Both the position numbers and the translations under genes were made by a program. The notes under the pieces are model-generated. The model was given only the letters and a program-made list of their open reading frames with translations, searched no databases and was not told the origin of the DNA. This document shows, piece after piece, positions 23,571 through 37,108 of a stretch of DNA of 64,000 bases. Location of the stretch: NCBI GenBank assembly GCA_965153455.1, contig OZ234493.1:27208213-27272212 (forward strand). Reading direction: 5' to 3'. Each line of letters begins with the position of its first letter. Position 1 is the stretch's first letter. The DNA comes from Sphagnum compactum. Lineage: Eukaryota.

Positions 23571-25299
23571 GAGCCTGGGAGATTCTTGGTGATAATATTT
23601 TCTTCCCACATCAATTTTGCTCTTTTTTCTATAGAAGGGTATATCTGGAATTTATGTGCTGAACTTGAGTGAAGACATTTTTATCATGGTTGTAGAAACC
23701 CAAATCTGACTCTTTAACCCACTCGGTTTCACCAAAGTATGCCAGGTCTAAACCTCAGCGTAAGGTTCTTGTAGACATGTGAGAGGTCTCTGACTGAATT
23801 TGTTAAGTTCATAATCCCATCTTGTATTATGGCAATGTTTCAAAGTTCTGTCACTACCCATGGTGACCAACTCAATTCTCACCTGTTTTGTGTGTCAAAT
23901 CCTCAAGATGATTTTCAGGAGTGGTTGATCAGGTAGTAGATTCTTCTGAATACTTCAACTGGCTGATTATATATTGAACTTGACTGGTTGGTGTATAGTC
24001 TCTGAACTTGCTGTGAGGCCTAAATTTCCAATTGACTGGACCTGAAGTTTTTGCACCCGCACAATGTTAAAATTAGTTTGACTTGGTGACAGCTGCTAGA
24101 GAAGTGCCCCAAAAATTCCTCTGCTGTATAGGGTCCTGACCTCTTGCAGAGTATGCTGCAACATTGTATATGGAAAAAATGAAGAACAGTCTCCTCTTGA
24201 ACACCAACACGTTGCAAGGTTCAACTGGTTGCGAGGTTCAACCAGTTGCGAGTTGGACAGGTAGAGAAGGAAGAAGGTGAAGTACAATATGGAGGAGACC
24301 AAGCAAAGGAACGTTAAATACATGGAGGCTGGATTGTGAGAATACAACACTGGGTCTAATACTGGCATGGCAGTGAAGACCAGGTAGTGTCATGTACACC
24401 ATGCCGCTGTGTTTAATAAAAATGCTGGAGCCTTGGAACCTCTGCAGCAACATATGCTTTAAAGGGTTCACAACGAGAGATAGCTATAAGCAAGAAGATC
24501 AAGGTTTGTTCCACCATCAGAAATTGCTGGAGCAGCTCATCATTTTCTGGTCAGCTCCTTTCTATTTCACAAATGCAAGTGGAGAATCTTCTTGCCCCAG
24601 GTTCAGAGCTGCAGAATTCTTTTAAAGTAAGGTGCCATAGTTTCTGCTCCAATCAATTCTATGGTACTGCATCTGCACTTTGAAGTGTAATAAATCTGAC
24701 TTGTTTTCTGGTGAGCAATTTGACAAAGCTTTTCTTGTGATTTGAGTGGAAAGTTCAATTCTTTGGTTGCAAGGTTTTCTGTCATAGAATCTGAATTCCG
24801 ATCAAGGCAATTTGTTTCTAAGGACAGATGCATTGCAACAGGTTTCCAAGGAGAAGAGGAAGAAGAACAAGAAGAACAAGAAGAAAAATAAATTGTTTTG
24901 TTATAGAATGTGCGCAATAGAATGTGTGCGATGGAGTATGTTTCCTTCAGCAAATCAATCAGTAAGCTACAAAATTGGAGTCCTTCACAGGATCCAACTC
25001 CAAAAAAATTGTCCTGCTGATTGCAGCTGGACCACTCCTGCATCATGTTCAAGCTTATGGAGTAGACAAGCTGACAAAAGCTTGAGCTTGATCCTTGTAG
25101 TTGTCTGGTTGCAACAGGAAGCAAACCTCTGGAGTTTGAATTGATGGGTGCTCAAATCTCCTGCTTAAAGCAAGGATCTTGACATTCATGTTTGCAACAA
25201 TCTCTGTTTTCGATAGTGTTGAATCTCCCTCTTCATGGTTTTGCAACAAGCATTGAAAAGTTCAAAACTCTGATCATCTTGTCATTGAGTTGGGTTGCA

Positions 25300-25760
25300 A
25301 GTGAGCACAAAGTAGATGTCCCAAAACAAAGTCCTCTCATGTGAAAAAGGCATTCATCCACCATAGGCAGACATCCTAAATGAAGACCTGATATGAAAGA
25401 AACATTCATCCAATGTAGATAGACATCCTGAATGAGGTTTTCTCCTGTGAAAGAGATATTCATCCCACATAGACAAGCATCCTAAAAATAGTCCTCTTGT
25501 GCTGAAAGAGACATTCATCCAAGGTAGACAAACATCCTAAATGATGTCTCAAGTTGAGATGACGTCCTATAAACAGGGGTAAATGATGTCTCAGATGATG
25601 TCCCAAGGTAAAGAGAGGAGATGTCTTGAAAAGGCATCAATTCAGATATTTGTTCCCCAAAACAAGGTCCCATTGTGATTGAGGGGAAGTCCCAAAATCC
25701 CAATGGGACAACATCCCAAAAATAAATGATGTCTTGAAATAATATTCCAAGGGCAAAGTG
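25300..25760. repeat. Degenerate tandem repeats (GACATTCATCCA..TAGACA.ACATCCTAAATGA-type units)
   Basis: Similar motifs recur at ~25350, 25400, 25455 and 25510. Confidence 0.6.
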
Positions 25761-26959
25761 AGATGTTAAGAAATTCAAATTTAATTTCTTTTGTTCTAAT
25801 TAACGACTTTTGAAAGTGAACAACAATTATGTCAAATAAAATAATTTTGTAAAAGAATCTTTACTTTTTGTCGAATAAAAAAATTGATGATAAAAAAAAT
25901 TTAAGCGGTGAAAACTTATTGTTCCCACTCAAAAAATGTATTCACAATATTGAAAATGAGAATTTTAAATTATTATAAATTCAAAATATGTTGTAAATTC
26001 TCAAAATTTTAAAAATCTTTTACCAAGTGTAAATGAGATATAATGTATATGATGTATAAAGCAAACTTGTAATAATAATAAAAAATTACAAAATTATGAA
26101 CATGCTTTGGAAAGATTTGAAATTGTGATCATTTTTTGAGAGAAAACATAGAATTGATGAGATAGGGTATGGAATTGGGGAGGACTTTCTGGATATTTTT
26201 ATTCATTCATCATTAACTCCCCTATTTGGGTTCCTTTTTTGCACTCATTGTTGCTTATTGCACATGAAATTCATGTAAAAGAATGTTAATTTATCAAAAG
26301 ATAGGTTTCACGAATGATCAACTAACTCACCAAGAGACATGCTTCACAATTGATCGATCAACCTAAAATATTGGTTGACAAATGAAATGTGTGTGAAAAG
26401 ACCAATTAGATAGAGATCCAATTAACACTTGAATCCACCATCATCGATAACCCATTGTACCCAATTGGGTTAATGATTTACCACCACAACACAAACATGT
26501 ATTTTTAATGCCATTTTCCACCACCTCTTGGTTCGAACACATGGGTGTAGTTGTAAGTTGTAAAGGGCCAAACTAGAAAATGCACTATTTTGGTTGGATG
26601 GGGGGATTTGAAACTCCAACAATCATGAAATGTCTACGAATGTAGTATGTACATTCGTGTCCCTAAAGAATCCAATGAATGAATGAAAACCCATGTTCAA
26701 AATAATGAGCACCCCAGTGACATTGAAGAAGATGGACTCTTCCATGATTGCACTAAAACAATGCCAGATGAAAAGTGCGAAAAGTCGAATGGGAGAAGTG
26801 CAATTTTCTCTTTAAGAGTTTGGTTGCAGTGTGGTACCATATTGTCATTGCACACACACATTACTGTCCTTCTTGTTGAAGATAACTTTGCAACTGCAAA
26901 ATTTCTCATGTTGATCATCACAAGAACAAGGGGGTGTGTCACGCTGTGGCCTTGCCATT

Positions 26960-27235
26960 TTACATTAAAAAAGTATCTTAAGGCAAAAAGAAGAATGTTG
27001 AAAACTCAACTATTTCACCATGCAAAAATACACCTAATCTTCAAAAGAGAAATCCTCTAAAAGAAACCCAAATCAAGATATCATAACTCTATAACTAATC
27101 TCAAGTTTTAACACAACCCAAAATATCATCTTTCGAAAACCCTCGTATAAACCTACTACTACTACCTAGGGACCAAAATCCCTTAAGCTACTATACTCTA
27201 TAATGAATCTAAACACAATATCCTTGCCTTGGTAG
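26960..27235 (+). repeat. Dispersed ~270-bp repeat family X, copy 1
   Basis: AAGT.TCTTAAGGCAAAA...AAACTCAA.TATTTCACCAT...CAATATCCTTGCC is shared with 36827-37108 and 63275-63533. Confidence 0.85.
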
Positions 27236-27597
27236 GCAAGGCCAACAAGCTCATGGATAAAAGAGTGCCTTGGGAGTGTGATGTATTGTATCTTAAATTT
27301 TTCAAGTCCATCATTACCATCAAAAACCAAAAATAGCTGGGTGGCCACTTGACTTGCATTGTGACCTTGCACCTCACAAAGTAGTTGTGGGGTTTCAATT
27401 CATTCTTTATGTCCTTTCCATGCCCACTACTCATCATGCCCAACTTGGCAAGAGTGAAACCAGCACCCACCAACACCTTCAGGTGGGCACCACTACCATA
27501 CCGGATGGATGGGAAACACTTTTTGATGGTATTCATGTCCCATAACTACCCATGTAATTTGCTATGTATTAACCATTCACATGCATCCTACACACTT

Positions 27598-27935
27598 AGT
27601 AACCACCAAGTGCTTTAACCACTTACCCACCTACATAGTAATCACTTACATTCCCAACCTACTTACTTACCTATGATACATACCCACCTATTTAAGTAAT
27701 TTCTTAGGTAGCCTAATGGAAAGAAGGAGCATTAACATGATGGGTTACCAATTATGGTCCCCTCCCCTAACTAACCATGATGATTAGCTACTACTAAACA
27801 TTCACAACATGCATCCTACCTATTTAGTAGCCACCAAGTGCTTTAACTACTTACCTACCTACATAGTAACCACTTATATCCTCAACCTACTTATGTATGA
27901 TATTTACCCACCTACATACATAATTTCTTTAGGTA
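27598..27935. repeat. Local duplication of a ~110-bp segment (AGTA.CCACCAAGTGCTTTAAC.ACTTACC.ACCTACATAGTAA)
   Basis: Copies start at ~27598 and ~27826. Confidence 0.7.
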
Positions 27936-28490
27936 GCATGAGGGGAAGTAAGAGGGTTTACAAGATGGGTTGCCAATTACATAATGGGTTTCTATGTCCT
28001 ATTTAGACACTTTTACAAGCATTTTCATGGGCAGGACAAGCAACCATTTCCTAGCTTTGCTTTACTTGATTTTGAAAAACTGGTGGAATTTTGCTGAAAT
28101 AACACATTTTTACACTGAAAAGATCATGTTTTCTCCAGAGTTTTTTAATATAGAAACATTGTGATGTAGCCACATTGGTGATCACCCACAAGAGGAATTA
28201 GCCAAATTGGGTTACAAGTCAAGGAGGAGAGTAGAAAGTTTTAAGAATCCTGCTACATTCTGGCGACCTGCTCTAACATATTATCTAAATATGGCAATTT
28301 CAGAAAAAAAAAGTTTCCTTGAAATCAGATGATTTGGTTGTTTTATTTTCACAAAAATCCACTGGATTTTTTCGGTCACCAAGTGGTGAAATTCACTAAT
28401 TAAAAAAAAATTTAAACATTGGTTTCCTCCAACTTTTTATTCTAAAAAAATCATAAACAGTAAATTCATTGGTTAATAGTAGTGGTACAA

Positions 28491-28719
28491 GTAGGAGCAG
28501 TGAAAATATATGTAGCAGCGGTGGAGGCGCTCCCGAAAAAGGAGAGACAGGATGAAACTCAGTTTACCACCAAAATATGCTGGAAAAACGAGTTTGGGTC
28601 CCAGTTATTCCGTTTTGTAAAATTCTCATTCCCAGTTAATAACGTGTTCGATGCCCTATTATGCCGAAACTGACCATTGTTACCCCCCAAATCGCGGGAC
28701 TTTATCGATAACTCTATTG
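28491..28719 (+). repeat. Dispersed repeat family Y, copy 1
   Basis: GTAGGAGCAGTGAAAATATATGTAGCAGC...GATAACTCTATTG is shared with 34796-35203. Confidence 0.85.
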
Positions 28720-31700
28720 TATCCGTCTTAAATCAATCCTGCAATCCTGGCATTAATATTCTTACTGTAGTTGGAGGGCACTTTACATGATAGAACATAT
28801 AATACATGTGACTTCACATGGCATTTCAATGATGGCCTTCGATTTCTACACTTTGGCCTATTTGCTGTAAGTTCGTATATAAAAATTGTTGGCTTCTCCT
28901 GGGTTTACTTGTGACCTCTTTGTATTAGGTAAGGGATGGGAGGTGCCATATTGAATAAGGAATATTTTCTTCTTTAAATATTTTTCACAAAACGGGGAAA
29001 ATTTTTCCACCCAAAAAAAATTTCACTACTTAACGGGTTCCACATGTTCCTAATAATGTTCCTGTTAAATTTCCTACTTATGTTCCCAATGTGTTCCCAA
29101 TGTGTTCTCCATGTATCACCGTAAATTTTATCAAAGTTTTGTCAATTGCTCCCTATGTTTGCTCTCACAAAATTCGTATAATGTGTCCTCATATTCTTCC
29201 CAATAGCTCCACTTTTTGGTCCATGTTACTTGACCTAAGTGCTACTTTTTAAACCAGTGTTATTCGGTTATTTAAACCTAAATAGATTAGGTTGGCCCAA
29301 AGCTCAGAAACATCTATATGTGAACATGTGATTGTGGTATTTCCTATGCGTAATTTCACTCTGCAGTCAATTTTATTGTTAAAAGTTTTAATTAAGGGCA
29401 ATCTGGCTAACTAGATCCACTAGATCACTTAAACTAATACATCAATGTAAATTTTTTTTAATCATATTAATATATTTAACAGAAAATTAAATAATTAACA
29501 CCAACTTATAGCACCATTTTTTTAAAATTGTGAATTTCAACCACTTTGCAAAAAAGGGGCCCGACAACATGGTGAAAGGATTTTTTTGAAAAAAATACCC
29601 AAATTTTCACCAGATTTCAAGGGAGAAAGCTATGGAAATTGTCAAAAAAATTGGCAGATTTTGGCAATTACCAGATAATTACCAGATTGAGATCGTTAGT
29701 TCTAGAAGGTCACAAAAAATATGGCAAGATTTTTATTTCTCTATTTCTTTGTAGCCAAATTTAGCTAAATCCTCATGTAGTTGATTGCCATTTTGAGTGC
29801 CACATCAAAAAATTGAAAAAATAAAAATAAAATTACGGGCCTAAATTACACAGGACAAGGATAAAAGAATGCCACTACAGTACGTGTGTTTTTGGATGAG
29901 TAAAGATGTAATTTCCTCCAATGGATGAATTTCCAACTCGACATGCCAAGCAAGGAAGGAAGGTGGATCACCTTGACATAAAGACCCGCACCAAATTTTC
30001 TAGTGTAAGTGGAGAGCACTTTATAGAGCATACTTGTTCTTTTGCTGTTTGCGGGGGTGCGTTTTCAAAACGGGAACGCCCATTGCGGCAAGTGTTCCAT
30101 TTTTCAAAATGCCCTGCAATTTTTAGGGTTTTTGAGGGAAACACTCAATACAGATCTTTACTCTTGATAGAATACACGTATAGTATTGAATGCATAGTTC
30201 ACAGTTTCCCCAGGACTTGTGTGGGTGAATAGTGAATACCATGTGTACTCGTTCACAAGTAAGTTCATGTCCTAGAGTTTTAACAACCTGTCCTTCACAT
30301 GGAAGGATGATGTTCAGCCTGAAAGAATTCTCTAGAGGTCAAGTTGCAAAAATTTGACCGCACCCTCAGAGATTTTTCAAGAGGTGAATCATTTGTTAGA
30401 GAATACATGAGTTGAATCATTCACTTACAAAAGACAGACCCAGGGGACCATTGGATGATGAAGTTTCGACAGTGGTTTCAAATTACAAACGGAACCTTGT
30501 GAAATTTTACTTGACACTCAAACTCTTGAAATGTTTAAACTGGGGCCATTGGATCCACTTTGATTCTAGTTTAGTAATAACTAGACCCAAAAATCAGGTC
30601 TGATCTTCAATTGAACATGTTTTTTGGACTACACAATTTGTTAATATTAATATGCAAAAAAACTTTAGGTGCTGAATAGGTTATCCAATAAATTGGTTAA
30701 TAGCTATTGGTTATGCCTAAAGGTCGGTTTTCAATTAACAGATTGAGAATCATCGGTTAACTTGCTAGTTATACACCACACACGTTGTAAGATTTTTAAA
30801 ATAATAATTTATTTATTTATATTTTTTTGTATTAGTGTTTTAAGGATTGATAACCTATTTACATCACAAACTTATTATTTCATCGGTTCATTTAAAATTT
30901 GCGAGAAATATATAATTTCATGGATTTTTCTTTTTTACTTAGAGATGTATGATATATGTATAAATAAGATGAAATATTTTTAAATGATTAAAAATATTTT
31001 ATTTTAATTAGCCGTACATCATATGTGTTTTTAACGTACAACATCTATGTGCAAGAAACACAAACTTATAAAAAAACGATTTTTTCACAATTTTCATTAT
31101 CAAAGTATGGGATAGAAACTTTGTAATGCAAATAATAATCAGGTCATCCACTTGTAAGTTATTAAAAACTGAAAATTCAATACCAAGTGATTATCAATTG
31201 TTAGGTTAATTAGGTTAAATGATAACCGTTTGATATTGAATAAATTATTGATTGATAACTGAGTCAAAACTCAATAACTCGCCAACACTAATATAAGTTG
31301 GCACCAGACTCACACTGGAAATTTCACAACTTAGTGATTTTTGTGATTTATGGTGACCAAATTTCCCCCCAAAAAATCAGAAAATTAGAAAATTAGAAAA
31401 TAAATAAAAATAATATTTGGAAAAAAAAAAGGTAGCTTAAATAGGCAGACCTAAATTTGGCTTCTGTTGTCTTTGGGGGTGATTCAACAGAATTCTAGAA
31501 TTTTTAGATCTATAAAAATTATTATTAAATCAAAGGGACAAAATTTTGTAGGCTTACAAATTTTCTGTTGTGCATATGTGACAATGGAATGTTGTACTGT
31601 AGGATGTTTCTATGGTTATATTGTATTGAAGGCTATTGGGTATGATTACTTTAAGTGATACTTAAGAGCATATCCACCCCAAAACTGTGAACAACTCCTT

Positions 31701-32059
31701 TATTTTAGAATAGAATACCGTTTAATGATCACTCGTCCCCACCCACAAAAGTCATAAAAGTCCCTTTAAACACTCAAAGACCATTTATGTCTTTACATCT
31801 GGATGAGTACCTAATAGTCACTGTCCAAATCCATAGTAGGAAAAAGCTTTTAAAGGGTTAAGGAAAAAACCCAATACTTTGTTTCCATAAAAATGACCAC
31901 TGCAAAATGGACCAATAGATAAACTCAACATGTGAACATTGTTTTGCAATGTATGTATTGATTTTTTGAACAGCCAAATATAAAAGGAAATCATGCTTGA
32001 ATTGAATGGTAACCTTCAAGTGTTACCACGTTCTCAACTGATTTTTCCTTCCAAAACCT

Positions 32060-32418
32060 GGTTTTTTGGAATTTATTTGAATTTTTCAGTGGGCAAAATC
32101 ACTTAAATAAAATCAATATCTCCCACATTCTGAATCCAAATCTTACCAAATAAATTCTATTGAATCCTTCTCATCGAGATCTTTCCAACAACACCAAAGG
32201 CACATTCCAATTCCTCCAAAATTTTCAGCTACAATTTAAATTTAACTTTCAGTGAAAGAAATCATTCAATATTCAAGAACTTTTGTCATGGAACCAAGCC
32301 CATGCACCGCTCCTTGTGAGAGCTTTCCAAAGCCACCAAGAACACAATTTGAAACCTCTTGGTTACGTGGATCTCATAACTACAAAACAAAACAAACTAC
32401 CTTCCTTCATAGATAGAT
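32060..32418 (-). mobile_element. Helitron-like non-autonomous repeat related to 35762-36577
   Basis: Minus strand starts A|TCTATCTATGAAGGAAGGTAGTTTGTTTTGTTTTG...GAGATC, matching the starts at ~35762 and ~36205. The 3' end was not identified. Confidence 0.5.
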
Positions 32419-34795
32419 TTGTTCAATGAATTCACATAGGCCAAGATAGATATGATATAATAGTAATTAATTATGTACAACCAATTGAGAAATTACTTGC
32501 ATAAAAATTAAGGTCAGATTTTTTGTAATAAAAAAAGTTGTACTTATGTATCTAAGAAAAACTAAACCTGTTGAACAAGGGACAACACCCCTAGTTTTTA
32601 GGTTCTAGTTCAATATTTTAAATGGCCAGTTACACGGTTTGGTTTTAATAACAATTCCATCTAGAGCAGCTACAACCTACCTCTAATTTGGACTTGAACA
32701 TGCATAAAATTGGGAACATGCCATCATTGGTTTGGACTAATGTTGTGCATGTATATGGTTTTTGATATACAAGTCATATAAGGGGTAAGTGTATAACAAA
32801 AAATATATACATTTCATGTGTAAGTGTAAAACTAAGTAATGCTATTTCATCACATGTAAAAAAAGGTAAATGTGAATATAAAACAAATGCACTTATCCAA
32901 TTTTATACATTGTTCAAATCCTAAACCAAAATTTGGCTTGTTTATACAAAGTCAATCAAAATTTGGTAATCGGCATTCTTGATTGATAAAAATTTTAATG
33001 TTTATATTAACACTCTTGGACAAAGAGGTATAGGTGCCCCTCAATGTAAGATCATTTAGGGATAAAAAGAATAGAAAATAATTTTCATTAGGGAAATTGA
33101 GGTTTTTTTAAAATTTGCCTATAGGCCTAAAGCCTCCAAGTCCAACTATCCTTGCCATAACCCTACCCACAAAACCAAATCATGTTTTGATTTCATTTCC
33201 ATTGCTATAAAGTAAACCACTTCAAAAGTAGAATCAACTATTGTACATAAAAAGAACACACACACACACACACAAAATGAAATATGCAATTGCAAATGGT
33301 ATTTTGGTATTGTGATCATTATCCCACAAAAAGTTGAGGATTATGACAAAATGGGGGGCACTGTACCTCCCATTGCTATGGAAGATTATGGTTTGTAAAA
33401 ATTGAAAAGATTTCACCTTCAACTTACTATTGAGGATAATGGTTTTTTTAACAACAAAGCAAGACCATGATGAAAGCATGAGCAAAATGATCAAGGAATG
33501 AGCTTACTTTAAAAAGGTGCTCATGAAAACTTGCAACAATGCTAAGAGTTGCAAAATAACTACAATGCTACCCTTACACTTGCAAAAAAATGTAGATGGA
33601 GAGAAGCAACATGTGAGAACTCACCTTGAACCTTAATCCTTATCATGCAAGACAACAATGAAGAAAGTTACAATACAACCACAAGAAAAAAGAGTGCAAA
33701 AATTACAAAAATGGTATGGAATAAGAAACTCCCACAAGTCATTGTTGGAAATTGTAAGAACACAAAGAATTGCAAGATGATAATAACACCATCACTTAAG
33801 GCTATAAACATTCTAGAAAAAAAGGATCAAGATGGAGGAGCTCACAAGACCACAATGAAATGAAATCTACAAAATATCATGCTTTCATATTCTATACCTA
33901 ACACTCTCTTCTCTCCTACTTACCTCCCTCCCTTTTCTTTCCTTGTTCCTATCATTTGCCCTTTCCCCTTTCCCTTTTATTTCATACGTTATTTGGTGAG
34001 CCAACTCCACTTCCAAAGTTGTTGTCTTTAAGCTTGAAAAGAAAGAAAAATAAAAATAATATGCAATATGCATATGTAAAGGGTATTTTGCATTATGTTC
34101 ATTATTCCTTTTTTCATTTCGCCACCAAAAATTACAGTTTTGTAATAAAATGAGAATATTGCATCTGTATATACACTTACATAATGAAAATATACACAAA
34201 GCATTATGTAAATGTATCTCAAAAATATATGCACACACAAGATACATGCAAATGTAAATTCCAAAATATGCCCAATGAACAATGTAAGTATTAAAATTGG
34301 GGTGTGTAAAGGCAAATGATTTACACTTGGTTTTACGCAACATGCAAATCTGTCATTTACACTTACACTTATTTGGACTTGCAAATTCGCACATAATATA
34401 ATAATCTACACACGGCACAATTATTTTAAAATGATTGCTTTTTATTGGCCAGTTTTCCTGCTTTGTATTGGCCCAGTTTGGTGGCATTTAAGTTCTCTCT
34501 CAACTCGTACTTGTCCAATTTTCATGAACATGAGAGGTGAGGCTGAGAAACCACTCAACACTCTATGTGGGATGTAATAAACACTTGTAAAGGCCCAAAC
34601 ATGGGTTGATAGTGGTGGACCCACTCTTTTTGTTTTGCACATTAGAGTTATCCATAAAGTCAACCTCTGTTCCACCCCCCATCCCCTCTTTCAGTGGTAT
34701 CCACAAGTAAGGAAATTTTATTAAATCTGGGTATGAAATGCTGAAACTCAGCATTTAATGCACAAGGTTCGAGAGTAATCATAATATGTGTATAC

Positions 34796-35203
34796 GTAGG
34801 AGCAGTGAAAATATATGTAGCAGCAGCGGTGCGGGCGCTCAGGAAAAAGGAAACACAGGATGAAACTCAGTTTATGACCAAAATTGGTGGAAAAACTAGT
34901 TTGGGTCCCAGTTATGTAGGATGAAACTCAGTTTATGACCAAAATTGGTGGAAAAACTAGTTTGGGTCCCAGTTATGTAGGATGAAACTCAGTTTATGAC
35001 CAAAATTGGTGGAAAAACTAGTTTGGGTCCCAGTTGTGTAGGATGAAACTCAGTTTATGACCAAAATTGGTGGAAAAACTAGTTTGGGTCCCAGTTATTT
35101 CCTTTTATAAAATTTTCATTCACAGTTACACATTTGATGCCCTATTATGCCCAAACTAGTCGTTCACGCCCCCCAATCGCCTGACTTTAAGGATAACTCT
35201 ATT
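34796..35203 (+). repeat. Dispersed repeat family Y, copy 2, with an internal 4 x 61-bp tandem amplification (34857-35098)
   Basis: Unit AGGATGAAACTCAGTTTATGACCAAAATTGGTGGAAAAACTAGTTTGGGTCCCAGTTATGT at 34857, 34918, 34979 and 35040. Confidence 0.92.
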
Positions 35204-35761
35204 GATTTTCTATACCCTCTACCCCTTGAGAGGACAAGCTTAAAATTCAAATGATTTTTGATTCATGCAGTACCCAGGCTGGTAGCCCAAGTCTTGGAAT
35301 CAAATAGGCTTTGGGTTGGATCTTGCTTGCCCAGGTTTTGCCAGAGACTTCCCAGTTGTTTGTTGGGTTAAAAGGTTGCAAGCTACACTGTAGAATTGAG
35401 GCAAACAGTTCTGCAAAGTTGGGTGTGCGGGGGAAGTCCTCATCTACCAGAGCCGAAAGGGTTGTTGTTGGCAGTGCCTATTCCTGTCTGTTGCAGCAAA
35501 TCATCAGATTCCCCCCATTACCCCCACGTATTCTAGGCTACCTATTTTTTTACTTATATCAATTAGTTTGTGGGTCCACTCACATTTTAATTTAATTTAA
35601 TTTAATTAATTTTTTATTATTTATTTATTTATTTAATTTTTAATTTTTGGAAGGAGCCAATTTGATTGGCCCATCACCCATTTCTTTTGAAAACACTAGG
35701 GGGGTCCCCAAAATAGAAGTAGAGAGGTGATTCCCTTTGGCCCACCTATAGGTATTATATA

Positions 35762-36577
35762 TCTCTTCTTGTCAAGGAGGTTGTTTGTTTGTTTTGTTTG
35801 TCCAGTTGAGATCTCCCAAACCACAATGTCTCTTGCCATGCTCTTTGCACCGTTGGAAAGTCCTTATTGAGTAGGGGTGGTGCCACCGACTTTTGTTTTT
35901 GGCCTACGATGGAGAAGTTATTGAATATTGAACCCTTTTTTTTTCACTTAAATTTCCTTTAAATCAAAACTAAAAATATGAGAGAATTTGGGGGCATTCT
36001 TCATATTATAGGAAAGCCCTGATTGAGTTGGGATTTAATGAAGGCGATTTGAAAAGTTTTAGGTCTAAGATGCAAGAGATATTCAATTTTGAGTAATTTT
36101 TTCATCATAAATTCCATTCAATTACAAAAATGGTTTTGGAAGGAAAAATTAGTTCGCTAACTAGTTTACATTTGGGCCAATGACATAGACTACACTAATA
36201 TATATATGTGAAGGTAGTTTGTTTTGTTTGTCATGTTGAGATTTTCCAAACCATAGTGCCTCTTGTCGCATTCATGGTATTCTTGGAAAGCCCTAGATGA
36301 GTAAGGGTACATTGCATTTGTTTCATAACATTTTGAACTATGATGGAGAAATTACTTATTTTTTAAAAAAAATTGACTGAATTTTTATATAAATAAAAAA
36401 TTGTAGGGGAATCTGGGTGTGCTAAATTTTGAAATTTTTTTTGAACTAATATGCAGGATACATTGAATTTTGAGTAATTTTTTTCATTGCAAATTGAGTT
36501 GAGTTGTAAAAAATGGTTTCGGAAGGAAAAATTAGTTGGGTAACCCATTCACACTTAGGCCAATGGCATAGGCTATA
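35762..36577 (+). mobile_element. Two head-to-tail degenerate Helitron-like copies (~35762-36198 and ~36200-36577)
   Basis: Both start ..AAGG.AG.TTTGTTTTGTTTGTC..GTTGAGAT, share internal blocks (GGAAAG.CCT..TGAGTA; AAAAATGGTTT.GGAAGGAAAAATTAGTT) and end GGCCAATG.CATAG.CTA. The first copy starts A|TC and ends ACACTAAT (degenerate CTAG|T). Confidence 0.55.
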
Positions 36578-36826
36578 TACGAAAGTTCAACTTTTGCCAA
36601 AGTATATGGGGTAAAAGTGTGATGCTATTGAGAACATCTTGGGAAACACTTGCAAACTTGATGGGAACCAATTGGGAACTCAATCAGAACAGATTAGGAA
36701 CAGCAAAAACAAATGCACACACCCCGCTCCCCTCCTTCAAAACACAACCCCCACAAAAAAAAAAAAAAAAAAAAAAAACCGGGGCCTTTATGGATATTTC
36801 TCAAGCTCATTGGCTGCATGTAATTT

Positions 36827-37108
36827 TACATTAAAAAAGAGTATCTTAAGGCAAAAGAAGAATTATGGAAACTCAAATATTTCACCATAGCAAAAATATA
36901 ATCTTCAAAAAATCCTCTAAAAGAAACCAAAATCCATCAAGATATTATTATAACTCTACAACTAATCTCAAGTTCCGACACAAGCCAAAATATCATGTTT
37001 CAAAAATCCTCGTATAAAAATAGACCTATTATTCTTACCTAGGGGGCCAAAATCCCATAAGCTACTATACTTTTTAATGAACCCAAACACAATATCCTTG
37101 CCTTGGTA
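36827..37108 (+). repeat. Dispersed repeat family X, copy 2
   Basis: Collinear with 26960-27235. Confidence 0.85.

Noticed and set aside
26683-27618. Overlapping short ORFs on both strands
   Set aside because: No recognisable motifs; they partly run into dispersed repeat X.
34857-35098. CRISPR-like regular repeats
   Set aside because: The units are contiguous 61-bp tandem copies with no unique spacers, in a eukaryotic context without cas genes.
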